The notes under the pieces were generated by a model that worked only from the letters and a program-made list of their open reading frames with translations, had not been told where the DNA came from and did not search any database. From Eledone cirrhosa (taxonomy: Eukaryota), in NCBI GenBank assembly GCA_964016885.1, contig OZ024740.1:214954001-215018000 (forward strand): a stretch of DNA of 64,000 nucleotides, written 5' to 3'. Made by a program: the position numbers and the translations under genes. Below, one piece after another: positions 11,252-25,999 of this stretch (positions are counted from its first letter, which is position 1; each line of letters opens with the position of its first letter).

Positions 11252-14200
11252 CTAATATGCATTTATACCAAAGTTCTTGCAATTTTTTGGAGAGAAAGCT
11301 GGAAGTTCTTAAACTACTATGTAATGTAATTCCTCCTCATCATCATCACCATTTAACATTTAACATCCATTTTTCCACGCTAGCATGGGTTAGACGAGTT
11401 GTCCCATTGTGAGACAAACCAAATCAGATGACCATGTCTGATTTTAGCTTGGTTTCTATGGCTTGATGCCCTTCCTAATGCCAACCACATTTACAGTGTG
11501 TACTGGATACTTTTTAAGGTATTAAGGCACTTTTCTTTGTCACACATCTATTTCATGCACACTTTTTCTCTGCCAGATAATTTGTATTTTATGCTTGAGT
11601 CCAGCAAAAGAAGGAAAAAATGTTTTCCTTGTTTCTCAATTCAAATTATCCATTCCTTCCTTCCTTGCTTTGGCAAAACACAAGCCTCCTATGTTATTGC
11701 CACTAAACAAAGAAACTGTTTTAGTGTGTGTATTGTTGCTGTCATCATTGTGAATGTTAATATTGATTCCAGTCTTTAAGTTAATCATCTTTGGCTGCTC
11801 TTAGTGTCAAAATTTTGATTCCATTGATTTCTCAAAACATAGAAGCGTTAAATTCCTTCTTATTAAAGTCTTTGTCTAGCCTTGAGATTCATCAGGCTGA
11901 AGTCTATCCCAGTTTCATGTAGTACTAAGTGACTGAGGGAACAAGATGCCAAGCCAGTAGTCCAAGATTCCCTCTTCGACAACATGCCAGTCCATAGCAA
12001 ATTTAGCCTTCAGGTGCTGCTTGTACGAATTTCATATTTAGCTGAATAAATTGGAGCAGCGTGAAGTGTAGTTTCTTGCTCAATGATACAACTTTTTTGT
12101 TATACATTAATTAATTGAAAGGAAATCTTTTTCTCAAAAGCGAAATCTTAACACAAGGCTTTTTCAACAATATCAATATATTATTTTTAAAGATAAAACT
12201 TTGGACAGAACATAATAGAGTGTTATAGAATAGCTATGTGGAGAAATTAATAAAATATTAGTGATAATTGATGTTGCTAGGATTTTATCTTTAATCTCTC
12301 TGATGTTGATGAAATAAATAGCTGTTAGATACATGATTTGACAGAAACCAACATAACCTGGCTTTGGGCTAAATCAAAATCAACTTAAGAACTGAAGAAT
12401 TGGTGGGGGAGGGGTCAATTACTTTAACCCTCAGTATTGGACTGGTATTTTATTTTAGCAGTGTCAGAACAATGAAAGGCAAAGTTGACCTCGGTGGAAT
12501 TTGAACTAAAAAGAAGAATATCATCATCATCCTTATCATCATCAGCATCATTTAATGTCCACTTTCCCTGCTAGCAAGGGTTGGACGGGTCTAAATAGAC
12601 CAAGTCAGTGCTGAAGTGGTGCCACTGACATCCCAGACACGCCGGGTAGGTCTTTGTACCTCTTACATACAGTCATTATTGAGTGAAGTTATTGGGTGAA
12701 GTTTTCATGTCTTTTGACAAAAACTGAACAATCCTTCTAACCCCTCATTAGATAAGCTTTCAACATCAACCACATTACAGCACGCACTGGGTGCATTTAT
12801 TCTGAGATCACTATCACAAGGTAGGATTTCATGTCCTTGACATAACTGAAGGATCCTCCTAACCCCTCATTTGGCAAGCTTTCTATGGCTAGATGCCCTT
12901 CCCAACATGAACCCCTTTCAGCATGTACTGGGTGTGTTTATTGTCAACTAAAAAAACATATTATCTTCCTTTATTAAAAGAAATCAATTTGATTACACAA
13001 ATTGATACATCATTTATCCCCATCTCAATGTTTATTCCCTCAGATAATTAGAAGTTCAGAATGAGTAGACATTCTGTTTCAAATAACCTCTTATTTATTC
13101 TTGAATTCAATAAATCAGATACAAAAATGAATGAATCTTCACTTTTAATTATTATGTAAATAATGTTAACACCGTTAAGTCAGTGAACCATATTGTAAGG
13201 TATGGGTTGGCATCAGGAAGGGTATCCAGCCATAGAAATTTGCCAGAGATGATAATGCACCTACATATTTTTTCCAACCCATGCAAGCATGGAAAAAAGG
13301 ATGTAAATATGATGATGATGATGATTTTCATTATCTTTTGAATGATGCACAAAGTTCTTTACAGGATTAAACTTTCCACAAATGAAATGAAATTAAACAT
13401 TTTTTTTTTTATTAATATTTCTTTCCACCTGTCAGTAACTACTACTGAATTAAGCAGGATTATAAAAACCTTATTTAATTTTTTTAATTTTTATAGTTAC
13501 TTATAAGATCATTTTATTCACAGTTTGTGTAAATAACATTACAAATTATTCACAATTCTTTCTGAACGAAAATATAACATTTATAATAAATACAATTAAC
13601 TATTGCTTAGGAACCTCACAAATACAAAATGCACCAAAATATATCATCATCGCAGAAGGAAAAAAAGGGGAAACAAAAAAACACTGACAATTAATTCACC
13701 ACTAAGTACGACAATTGGCCACACATCACAAGGGTCAATGGAAATTTCATTTGTATTGTAATATTTATTCAGAGAAGTAAGAGTGGTTAGTAAAGACCAC
13801 ACAAAAATATAGTCATTATACTAGGAGCTATCAACAGACATTATAAAGGAACATTACCAGGTATAGATGTAAGAGAACTAGTACTAATATTGATATGATA
13901 AGAAACAGATAGTAGATAACATCTACATATATATGTGTGTGAGTGTGTAAGTGTGTGTGTGTGTGTGTGTATAAGGAAAATGTATTAATTGAATGAGAGG
14001 AATAATAGCAATGCTAGCAGAAGAAATAAATGTTTGAGATGAACTATCTCTAAAATAATCAATCATATGGAATACAATAGGAAATGATTCGACTTAGGAT
14101 AATAATTTCTTAGAATTTCACTTCACTTCATGGAAAACCTCTTTAATTTAGTAGATTTGAGAATAACTAAATCTATAGAAATAATGTAAAGCATTTTTTT

Positions 14201-14495
14201 GTAATAGTGCAATATTGTTAAAGAGAAAGATATCAAGCAGGCTTCTCTGCAGAGTCTAACACACACTTTAAGGGGAATAATAATAATATTAATAATGATT
14301 TCTTTATTCACCAGAAGGGTTAACATCTAGAAAAACATTAGGATGGCACAGGACGAAAACATAATGTGTGTGTATATGAATGTGTGTGTATATGTATATG
14401 TATGTATGTTGGTGTGGGGGTTTTGTGTGTAATAATAAAATATTAATAATTGCAAGGGTAATTTTAACCCCTCAATATTATCTAAATGTTGTATG

Positions 14496-14559
<64 letters not shown>

Positions 14560-15829
14560 GAAAAGAAAATATATGTAAAGAATTGTGAAATAAATCCCAG
14601 CAGCAGTATGTATAGAAGTGATGAGTATTGTCATATGTGGCAATAGTCAGGTCAACTATTCGAGGTATTTCCAGCCGTTGTAGCTTCTATAGTCTTACAA
14701 TGAGACCTTCCCATAAAATTTGCAATAATTATATTCTATTTTAGGAAAAAATCAAAGATTTTCATATGGACATTGTAAAAGAAAGTCTAAATTCCAGTTC
14801 TATTTTTATCCCTGATAGTCAATGGCTAAACCATAGGTAGTAAAATAGAAAAGAATAGCGATTTTCTTCTTTTTTTTCTTTTTAAAGTAAATATCAAATG
14901 ACTTGCATGTAGAAAAACAAACAAACCAGTATACCGAACAATATTTTAATAAATCTTAAAAATTTTTTAAAGACCATTTGTGTAATTGAAAGACTTATCT
15001 ATTAAAAATAATTATTAGAGTTAAAATAAAATTTGAAACAATATACAAATTCATGTATTAAGAATGAGTATTTTAAGAGTAAATAATTTTCAGAATTATA
15101 TTGTGTATGGAAATATCAAACGTGTATGCATGAATGTAATTCTATCATAGAAAATAAAATATCTAGAAATACATATCCTTTTAATTCTTAAATATCACAA
15201 ACTTGAAAAAAATAAATACAGAGAAATATATTTTAAATGTTCAGAAAATTTTGAAAAAATGAATAAAACTACATTACATGATAAAGACTAGAATAAGGAT
15301 AGAAAGAGGTGTTTAAAAAAAGGGGAAATAGAGAGAGAAATAGCCATATATATGGCATAAATTATTTATTAAGCTATAACAGATTTTGAAGAGGATATTC
15401 TAACGCTAGCAGTAGACAGAAAACTACACATAGCAATGGAGATTATGTAGAAAACACTTTCATGCACAAATAGAGTGATAATAGAAACAAATACATCCCA
15501 GAGAGAAAGAGGAATTATATTTTTACTGAATTATTTTAACAAGCATACGGAAGAAGAATAGAAAGGAAAACTGAACAAGTAGCAGAAGTAGGAAGGAAGC
15601 TGACTTTTCCTAGATATACTTGATTATAAGTATTGGAGAACTGGATCAATTGAAGAGAAGATTTTACGGCTGACTATAAACTCCTAACTCGCTATTCACA
15701 TGGAGTAGTAACTGTGTATGTATATGTGTGCATGCATGCATGCACATGAGTGTGTGTGTGTGTGTGTGTAGGAGAGAGAGATAGATAGAGAAGGAGAGAT
15801 AGGAAGAGGGAGAGAGAGAGAGAGAGAAA

Positions 15830-15978
15830 CGATGTTGGCTTGCCCACTTCCTTGCTTGAGCCATGCTCTGCTTTCACTCACTTCAAAGTCAAAGCAGCAC
15901 TACAGTCGAGGTGCAAGTGTATCAACGTGTTGTGTAGTAGCAGTGCTATATTAGAATAGCTCCAATCATACATGGCAG
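15830..15978 (+). other. Candidate first exon of the GPCR (ATG GCA G|gtaaga)
   Basis: ATG 15972-15974; donor CAG|GTAAGA at 15979; phase 1 matches the acceptor at 44398, giving M-A-D-T-K-Y; unique sequence directly after a GA-rich tract. Confidence 0.4.
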
Positions 15979-16744
15979 GTAAGATTCTTTAATATCTATT
16001 TAGCAGCAAATTTATGAGTCCTTTTTTCACTCGGCAACAGTTTTATGAGTTTTCTTTCAAAGAAAGAAAATATATGTATTAAAAAAATAAAAAATAACAT
16101 TTGGAGAAAAATCGAAATGGTTACTCTAATGAATGGAAATGAAATTAAAAACAATATTGTCAAGGATACAAGGATAACATTTAAAATTTAAATTAAAGGA
16201 AATTATGGAAATATTTCATAATAAACTATAGTAAATTCTGACAACATAGAACATATATTTTGGTTTTTAAAATTAGAAATATATTCTAGAAATAAGAGTA
16301 CTGAATATATTGGCAAATTTCTCTGATATGAAGAATGTAAACATAAAATAGGATATGATATTTAAATTAGATTAAATTAAATAACGAAAAAAATCAACAT
16401 ACAAAGAAATAAGATGGTGGGGGAGATCAATCTAGTTTTAGGGGGTTCCATCTAGTGGGAGGTCCATCTAGTTTTAAGACATTAACTTAGAACAGAAACT
16501 CCAAAAATTATTTAGAAAATTGTCCCAAAATAGGACCCAAGAATCAAATTAAATAGAAGTTATAAAATTTACTATTTGGTTTAAACAGTTCCAGACCAAA
16601 TGATGAATTAAAGACTGAATTACAAGACAAACAAGAATATTATAAAACAAACACTGTCTCTATTATATAATAATTTTTATATATCAAATTTTGAAAACCA
16701 CTTAAAATACAATGTGGGTGCGTGAAGGAGACAGCTTATACTAA

Positions 16745-16900
16745 AAGTGCTGTGTGTTTATATATATATATATGCATGTGTGTGTATATATATATATATA
16801 TGGAGAGAGAGATATATACATATATATATGTGTGTGTATGAATATGTATATTTGTATGTGTATATATATATATATATATGTGTGTATGTTTATATATATA

Positions 16901-16940
<40 letters not shown>

Positions 16941-17033
16941 GAAGGAGTTGTGGTAAGGAACCAGATGGACCATAACGCACCAGAATAGCTGTCGAAACGG
17001 CTTGAGCTCTGCCGTCGGGGTCATACTTTTTCC

Positions 17034-17064
<31 letters not shown>

Positions 17065-17236
17065 TATATATATATAATATATATATATGTATATTTATGT
17101 GTGTGTGAGTGTGTACATATATATATATATATATATATTTGAATATATATATATATATTCATTATTTTTTTAATATTTTATATATATGTATATATAAATA
17201 TAATAATAAGGGTTGACGGACCCACCATATTTATCA

Positions 17237-17280
<44 letters not shown>

Positions 17281-17397
17281 TAAGCAGATATGTTGTTGGG
17301 GGTATTCTGCAATAGAAATACAATAATTTGTGTTATACATGCGGCAAGTATGGAAATGTAGTGATGTATTTAGATTTTAAAATGATTAAAATCTAAA

Positions 17398-17440
<43 letters not shown>

Positions 17441-17691
17441 TAACAAGCATATACATATACAGATGTGTGTGTGTATGCATATATACATGTGCATGCACAC
17501 ATAATACAAACATACACACACAGATAGACAGACAAATAGATACTCATGCCTGCACATACATACACACACACCCATACATACATGTGTGTGTCCGTATGTA
17601 TGTATATATATATATATATATAAAACATATACATATATATACATATATATACATACATATACATACATACACACATGCATATAAATGTGTG

Positions 17692-17739
<48 letters not shown>

Positions 17740-18730
17740 CACATACATTCATACATATAAATGTACATATATATAATGCATGTGTGTGTCTTCATATAGA
17801 AATACGCGTGGAAGACTGCATGTGAACACACACACATCTTTCTGCACACATACACAGATGCACACATGCACATATACACACATGCACACATGCACATATA
17901 CACACATGCACATATACACACATGCACATATACACACATGCACATATGCACATATACACACACGCACAGATGCACACATGCACATATACACACATACACA
18001 GATGCACACATGTACATACATACACATGCACAGATGCACACATGCACATATACACACATACACAGATGCACACATGCACATATACCCCCATGCACAGATG
18101 CACACATGCACATATACACATATACAGATGCACACATGTACATATATACACATGCACAGATGCACACATGCACATATACACACATGCATATATACACAGA
18201 TATACACAGATGCACAAATACACACAAGGTATACATGACACACACACATGTTATACATGACACACCCACACACGTTATACATGACACACACACATTATAT
18301 ACACACACGTTATAAACACACACACGTTATACACACACACATTATATACACACACGTTATACACACACACATGTTATACATGACACACACGTTATACACA
18401 CACATGTTATACACACACACACATGTTATATACACGTTATACACACACACACATGTTATACACACACGTTATACACACACATGTTATACACACACACATG
18501 TTATACACACACACACACATGTTATACACACGTTATACACACACACACGTTATACACACACATGTTATACACACACACACACATGTTATACACACGTTAT
18601 ACACACACATGTGAAACATGACACACAACAGTGGAAGGTAAAGAGATGTTTCATTGTTTGGTGATTTATTTGGTTTCAACAAATCTAACAGAAATTTCCT
18701 GATTATCAAACTTTAGTGCAGTTTGCATGT

Positions 18731-18772
<42 letters not shown>

Positions 18773-19250
18773 ACGCATGTGAGTGTGTGTGTTTGTGTCT
18801 GTTTATGTATGTGTGGAGTGTGTTTATGTGTGTGTGTGTTTGTGTGTTTATGTATGTGTGTAGTGTGTTTATGTGTGTTTGTGTGAGTGTGTGCGTTTGT
18901 GTCTGTTTATGTATGTGTGTATGTGTGTGTGTGTTTGTGCGTGTGTTTATGTATGTGTGTAGTGTGTTTATGTGTGTTTGTGCGTTTGTGTCTGTTTATG
19001 TATGTGTGTGTGTGTGTGTGTTTGTGTGTAGTGTGTTTATGTGTGTGTGTGTGTTTGTGTGTGTGTTTATGTATGTGTGTAGTGTGTTTGTGTGTGTGTG
19101 TGTGTGTGAGTGTGTGTGTGTGTGTGTTTGTGTCTGTTTATGTACGTGTGTATGTTTGTGTGTGTGTGTGTGTGTTTATGTATGTGCGTTGTGTGTGTTT
19201 GTGTGTGTGTTTATAAGTGCGTGTATGTGTGTATGTTTATGTATGTGGAT
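16745..19250. repeat. 2.5-kb compound microsatellite/minisatellite block: (TA)n, cacatgcacatata, cacacgttata and (TG)n variants
   Basis: Directly visible; source of the many C/V/Y/H/T-rich pseudo-ORFs. Confidence 0.95.
16940..17033 (+). mobile_element. Family A hammerhead-half element, second copy, in (TA)n
   Basis: GAAAC (16994-16998) ggc ttgagctct gcc GTC (17014-17016) ggggtc; the first ~40 nt match 8764-8803. Confidence 0.65.
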
Positions 19251-19563
19251 TGGGTGAAACCTGGTGTAATGGGTAAGCAGTTCAGTCAGCACACATTAGG
19301 TGCTGAGTTTAAGCCCATTACATTACATCAGCGGCCAGTGACAACCATAGCTTCAGGCCAATCCATGCTTTGTCAGTATCTTTGGGTAGACAGAAACTGC
19401 ATGGAAGCCCAACAAGTGGACTGCACCTATAATTTAAAGTGGCCTTGTCACACATACACTGTGAATTACTTTACGTGACTCTGGAATACTCAGCCACTTC
19501 GGTTATTCCATTGAAAAAACAACTGAAACACTCATTGTTAAAACCAATGGAGATCCATTTCAT

Positions 19564-19602
<39 letters not shown>

Positions 19603-19606
<4 letters not shown>

Positions 19607-19796
19607 TGTTTAATATAGAAATGGCTTCTACAGGACTAAAACTGTTTCATTCAAAAGAAATCACCAGGAAAGGTCTTCCCTAATGATTTCTTTTGAATGA
19701 AACAGTTCTAGTCCTGTAGAAGCCATTTCTGTATTAAACATGATGTTTACACTCTACCAATGTATTGAGTACCTTACTAACTGTCGTTACCCCTGA
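19603..19796 (+). mobile_element. Family B element with ~65-bp inverted duplication, between (TA)n tracts
   Basis: 19603-19670 is the near reverse complement of 19675-19744; the sense arm matches 1021-1135. Confidence 0.7.
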
Positions 19797-20013
19797 TATA
19801 TATATATGTGTGTATGTATAGAATCATCATTTAAAATCTGCTTTCCCTACTAACAAAGGTTTGATGGGTCTACATAGACCAAGTTAGTACTGAAGCAGGA
19901 TTTCTTACCTCCCAGACAGGCCAAGGGGTCTGTATCCCACTTATATACAATTATATTGAGTGCAGAGAAGTTGTAGTGTCTTTTGACACAAACTGAAGGG
20001 TCCTCCTAACCCT

Positions 20014-20056
<43 letters not shown>

Positions 20057-20960
20057 CATCATTCACACATGCCCAAATATATGTAATACCTGGTACTAGA
20101 TTTTATCACACAGTTAACCAGTATTGATAAAACATACATCAAATGTGTTTGATTTTCTTTTTTTTAATAAAATACAATTGATAAAATAAAATGGAGTTTG
20201 TATAATATCTGCTGCAAAACTAAGATTAATATTAATAGCTAGCACAGGGGGCTTTCTTTGCAGTAAAGAGCTGGCTAAATTTATATCAGAATATAGTTTG
20301 CTATCTCCCTATTTTCATGTTATATCTGTGCAGAGCTGAAGTTACTCCACATTCCCACATTCTTGCATGTGGAGACATTGCCTCTACTGTCTCTAAATAA
20401 ATAATTAACAGAAGTATAAGATACACTCATAACTATTTACTGTTGTCATCTGAGGACGATTTTGTGATTTTGCTTCTAACGAAAATACATAGATAGTGTT
20501 TCAAGTAGTTTTGAAAATTATCAAGAATTTGACTGGATTTATAATAACTGACTCCCTGTTTGGAACATAACTTGAGAAAACATTCTTACGTAAAAATATA
20601 ATAGAAGGTTTTAATTTAAATATGAAGGCAATGTTCCAGGAAGGATATATTAACCATGATAGCTAAAATAAACTAAAGGGTTTTAAAACTTGAGCTTTTT
20701 GTAACATAGAACATGAAAGAATTGGTATTAAAATGGTCTAAAGATGCATCAACCAGTTGGGGGCATTCATATGAATCTATTTTGTTTTGTATAGCTGTCA
20801 AAGACAATCATTTATGATAGAGCCATATTCACCTTTTCTATATCAATATAGAGATGAGATTAAATAAAACCAATATGGACAGGTCATGATCCAACAACCA
20901 CCCGCTCTACATACACAAACACTGACACACACACAGACACACACACAGACACATACACTG

Positions 20961-20991
<31 letters not shown>

Positions 20992-21454
20992 GTGTATAAT
21001 TTTGGAGATATGTAACATTGAGTGAAGACACATGGCTTAGTAAGTAGAGTGTTTGTCTCATTATTCCCCTATTATATAAGCTATCTTATTACATCTTTAC
21101 ACATGAACACACCATACTTTATATATTAACTTCATTGTTAATTTAGTAAAGCCAATATATTTATTTTAATATTATTAACTTTACAAAAACAAATGTTGAA
21201 AACAAGAGATCAGTCTCCATTCCACTAACACTGAAAATACACTTATAAAAGTTTGAAGAGCTTAACTTTAAATATATTGCTGCAAATAATAACATAGATT
21301 AGAAACAATTTAAACTATATGAATAACCTTTAAAAACCTTGTGTGTGTGAGGAGAGGGGTGATTATTTTTAGAGAGATATGTAGATATATGCACATACAG
21401 AGCATACTCAAAGTACAGAGAGACACATATATGTAGAGATAGATCGATAAATAG

Positions 21455-21455
21455 A

Positions 21456-21507
<52 letters not shown>

Positions 21508-21575
21508 GAGAGAAAGAGAGAGATAGAGAGAGAGAGAAAGAGAGAGATAGAGAGAGAGAGAAAGACAGAGATATA
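21455..21575. repeat. (GA)n microsatellite
   Basis: Directly visible. Confidence 0.95.
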
Positions 21576-22059
21576 AACAATGTGTTATACATACAGAGGA
21601 GGGATGACATTGAATCTATCCATATTCCATATCCCTTATCACAAACTTTCTTTACTGCTATCCATCACTCTATTCTCATATTGGACACTCCTCACCTGGG
21701 CTCATTTCAATCCTGTACATATTTTACAGGATTTTATTTATGGACTTGTTACATTTTACCTTTTGGCATAAAGGGACATAATTCAAGACATCAATATATA
21801 TGATGTATATCAATACATATACATATACATACACAATCAGATACCCAAATTTAACTCAAATGGTGTTAATCAATCCAAGGCTGCAATAGAAAGCTTTTAC
21901 TTAAGGTGCAGTGTAGTGGCATTAAACCTGGAACTATGTATGTCCTGGACTCAATATCATTGACAACATCCTTTACTGTTGTTGTGGTGGTGGTTGTGGT
22001 GGTGGTGGTGGTGGTGGTGGTGGTGGTGGTGATTAGGAGGAGAAGGAAGATGTGTAAAA

Positions 22060-22570
22060 CGGTGTTCTAACTGCTAAGAACTTGCGTTCATCTCCCACAT
22101 TACAAAGTCTCGTTTCTTTGTCAGCCTGCCAACTGCCCAGCTTCACCTCTTGAACACTGTGGAATTCCTAACTATTCCCTTTCTTCATACCCCCGCACAA
22201 TGTCCCACAATGTGCCTGTTATATTCAGGGTCATGTCTTCATTCATTCCTCATAAAACTTTAATCGTTACAAATTTATCTTGCAGTTTCTTGATTCCAAA
22301 ATTAGCCAGACATTTTTAACAACTTAACAACCCAGCCAATACTCCTGATGGTCCAGCAAATTTCCATGCCTTCATATCCTTAAAGGCCACTTCGACCCCT
22401 TTAAATTATTTGGTCTCTCTGATTAGTTAACAGGGTAGTTCAACTAGGTTACATGATTTCTTCATATTCAATGAAACTTTCATAACATTTCTAAGCTTCT
22501 TTCTTCTCAGCATTGGTGAAGTTAAAGCCCTAGAGTCATTACAGATACACTTTTCCCTCAACAAGATCTT
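22060..22570 (-). mobile_element. Decayed RTE-type LINE fragment (region upstream of RT)
   Basis: Minus strand gives VAFKDMKAWKFAGPSGVLAG, resembling the KAxGPxG motif. Confidence 0.6.
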
Positions 22571-23297
22571 GATTCATCATCGTAATCAACGTTTAACATC
22601 TAGTTTTCCATACTAGCATGGGTTAGACGAGTTGTCCTGTTGTAAGACAAGTCAGATCAGTTGATCATGACTTGTTCATAGAGAACTGATTCTGGCTTAG
22701 TTTCCAAGGCTAGATGGCCTTGATAATGCCAACAACATTTACAGGGTGAACTGGATACTTTTTATCATGGCACCAAAACAACCACTTTACATTGTGGACT
22801 GAGGGATGGGGTGGGGGAGTTTCACGTGTGTAGGGTGGGGATTGTTGAGGTAAGTCTAGGGTAGGGCACTTCACACCAACACAATTCTTTGAAATCCCTA
22901 ATACCAGACCCAGTCATTGCTGAACATTGACAAGCAATTTATGGGAGAGTCCCAAGCAAATCAATAAATATAAAGATACATATAGGAAACCATGCACACA
23001 GGCAAATACACACACACACACACATATATATATAAATCATCATCATCATTATTATTTTAATGTCTGCTTTCTTTGCTAGCAAGGGTTGGGCAGAACCATA
23101 CAGACCAAGTTTGGAGCCACTGATGATGATGATGATGACCCATATACATATACACATGAACATATACATTCATACATACATGTGCACATGCACAAAAAAA
23201 ATCATGCAAACGTGTGTATATGTGTGTATGTGCATATGTACATATACAAACACATACAATCATATGTGTACACACAAATTTATACACACACACACAC

Positions 23298-23500
23298 TAG
23301 GGGCATACAGAAATGCAATCAGCAAGGTGAGGGTTATCAACGCGTTTAGCAATGAATGTAACATGAAGGTAGGGCTCCATTAGTGCTCAGTTCTCAGTCA
23401 CCCTCCTTTTTATTATAGTTGTCCAGATCATGACAGAGGAGTTTAAATCTGACTGTCCATGAGGACTCTAGTATGCTGGCTTAGTTTTAACAGCCATATA
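23298..23500 (+). mobile_element. Decayed RTE-type LINE RT fragment
   Basis: SKVRVINAFSNECNMKVGLH* followed by degenerate GSVLSPLLF and LYAD-like segments. Confidence 0.75.
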
Positions 23501-24084
23501 TGACCAAACCCCTAAAGGCAATATCAGAGGCAGCGGAGAGGAGTTCCCACTGGATCTGGTCGAGGAGCAACAAAAACAACCTCCATACCATTTGAGGGCA
23601 ATATGTTTGTATTTTAAAGTACTCTAAGGGAAGTAACTCTGAGTGAGTAGCGGTGGTGTTGATGGTGGTGATGACATTGTAACCATGACTACTAACATTA
23701 TTTTTCTATACTTGTAAAAACAAATCAAGAAAGGGTCTAAATATACCATACAGACTCGAATATAAGCACCTTCACTATTTTACCATCGATCTTATAGTCA
23801 CACATTTCTTGGCTTAATATATGAAAGCAGAGACAGGAGTTCCAGTTGGATCTTGTCAAGGAGGAACACAATCTCCATATGGTTTAAATGAACAAGTCTT
23901 TGATATCCAAGTGGATAAAAGATGTCAACAGAAGTGCACCTCAGAGTCATGACCTGGATGTAGCCAGGTCCGCTTCAAGTGTAAAAAGTTAAGGGCTGAA
24001 ACACTTGCAGGGATGGGGGGGGGGGGGGGGGGGGGGCTTTGTCTCTGAAGACCTTCTGTTTTCCAGCTCTTCTGGAAGTTTCTT

Positions 24085-24895
24085 ACTAATTTAGAGAAGA
24101 AATTCCAGACCTGGAAACAAAACTTAGGACCATGAGGTTTCAAAGTAAACTTAGTAAAGTTTTAGTAAGTAGAAAAGCAGATAAGGAACTGCTATGGTCA
24201 AGGAAGTAGCCATGTTTGATATGTAGGAAAGTGGTAAGTAGAAACTGTATATGGTGTATCTATTGTAGACTATGGACACATAAATAGGCTGGCAGATAAG
24301 GAAGATTTTATATGTGGCATGTGCACTGAAGTAGTTAGTTATAAACATACATGCAAAATAAATTCCTTCAACTGCTCAGAAGACTCACAAGAAGTAGTTG
24401 ATAGCTTTTGTTACTTAGGTGTCCTAATTACCACTGGAAGTAGTCAATGTAAGAATGGAGTTGAGAAAGTTCACAGAAATATCTTTACTGATGACAAAGA
24501 GTTTCTCTCAAAATGAAAAGTAGATTTTATGATGTGGGTCTTGAGTGCAAAGATTACTGTATGTATAATTGAAATAGAAATAGAAGCTATGCCATAACAT
24601 TGACTAAATAATACTGTCTAATAATGGAGCATATAAACACAATGAACAGAAAAAGATGGGTATCAGATGTCCCATTTTTAGACTATATTATTTAGTCAGT
24701 GTTATAGTATAGCTTCTATTTCAATTCTAAACTTTGCTTGCTGCGTTCCAAACATACTTCATTTGTAGTCATGTGTGTGAAAGGTGCAGTACAACTGAGC
24801 CAAGACAATAGCTGGATATAAGACTAACTAGATGTAATGTACAAGGAAGAAGACTAGATAGGTATAGGCAGGTGATGTATATGGAGGATTACAGG
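24085..24895 (+). mobile_element. Decayed RTE-type LINE C-terminal fragment
   Basis: WKQNL, KVNL, PCLICRK, EVVDSFCYLG; many stops and frameshifts. Confidence 0.7.
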
Positions 24896-25357
24896 TAATC
24901 ATCATCATCATCATCATTTAATGTCCATTTTCCATGCTAGCATGGGTTAGATGGGCTGCTCCATTATGAGACAAGCCAGGTCCAATGACCATGACGTGCT
25001 CCTATAGAAGTCTCAAACACTTGAAGTGAAAGGAATCTGTCTAAGATGGACATCAGGGGGGAACAAGGGTTGAAATAATGAAAGTAGATGTCAAGATACT
25101 GAGCCTTATGAAAGATGTGACACCTGGTGCTGGAGTAAACCCACACACCCATACAAGTATGACAAAATATACATTCAAATGTCAGTGGTATTGGAGGATT
25201 GAATGTATGATATACCTACATTTCAGTCTCTTTCCCATTATTTTCCTAAGTTCTCATGAGCTTCCTCTCCACCTCTTTGATACCCTCTTATTTCTCCAAT
25301 GCCCACACTCTCCCCACTCAGCTTTTTCTTCTATTCCCTGTTTCATGAGGAATAACA

Positions 25358-25649
25358 TGACATTCAATCTATCAATATTTAGTTCTCCACCACCATCAAC
25401 CCCTAGTTCCCCCACCACCGTCATCCCCTAGTTCCCCACCACCGTCATCCCCTAGTTCCCCACCGCTATCATCCCCATTACTAGACATTTCTCCCTCACA
25501 TCTATGACATTCAATCTATCAATATTTAGTTCTCCACCACCATCAACCCCTAGTTCCCCCACCACCGTCATCCCCTAGTTCCCCACCACCATCATCCCCT
25601 AGTTCCCCACCGCTATCATCCCCATTACTAGACATTTCTCCCTCACATC
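25358..25649. repeat. 147-bp tandem duplication containing a nested ~23-bp C-rich repeat
   Basis: atgacattcaatctatcaatatttag...ccctcacatc occurs twice; each copy has three cccctagttcccc(c)acc subunits. Confidence 0.9.
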
Positions 25650-25946
25650 AAAATATCTGTGTACTAAAGAACTGCATCAGAACTGTTTATATCTAATACA
25701 CACGAGCATCACCCTTCCATCCTAAAAGACATCACTTCATCAGATCTGTTCATATTTAATACACACTAGCATCACCCACTTCATTTTACCCAGGTTACTT
25801 ATTACTGACATCCAGCATTATCATGTGCCAGTAAACATGTAGCTGCCATCACTACATCTCTTGTATCACTCCCTGTTAATACTGTCTCACTACCTTTCTT
25901 CTATTACTTCTTCCAGGACGATTCTCTTGCATTACTCCCTCTCCTG

Positions 25947-25980
<34 letters not shown>

Positions 25981-25999
25981 AGAGAGAGAGAGAGAGAAG

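Noticed and set aside
16741-19478. Many overlapping 100-260 aa ORFs rich in C, V, Y, H, T, I
   Set aside because: They are translations of stop-poor microsatellites, open in several frames on both strands.
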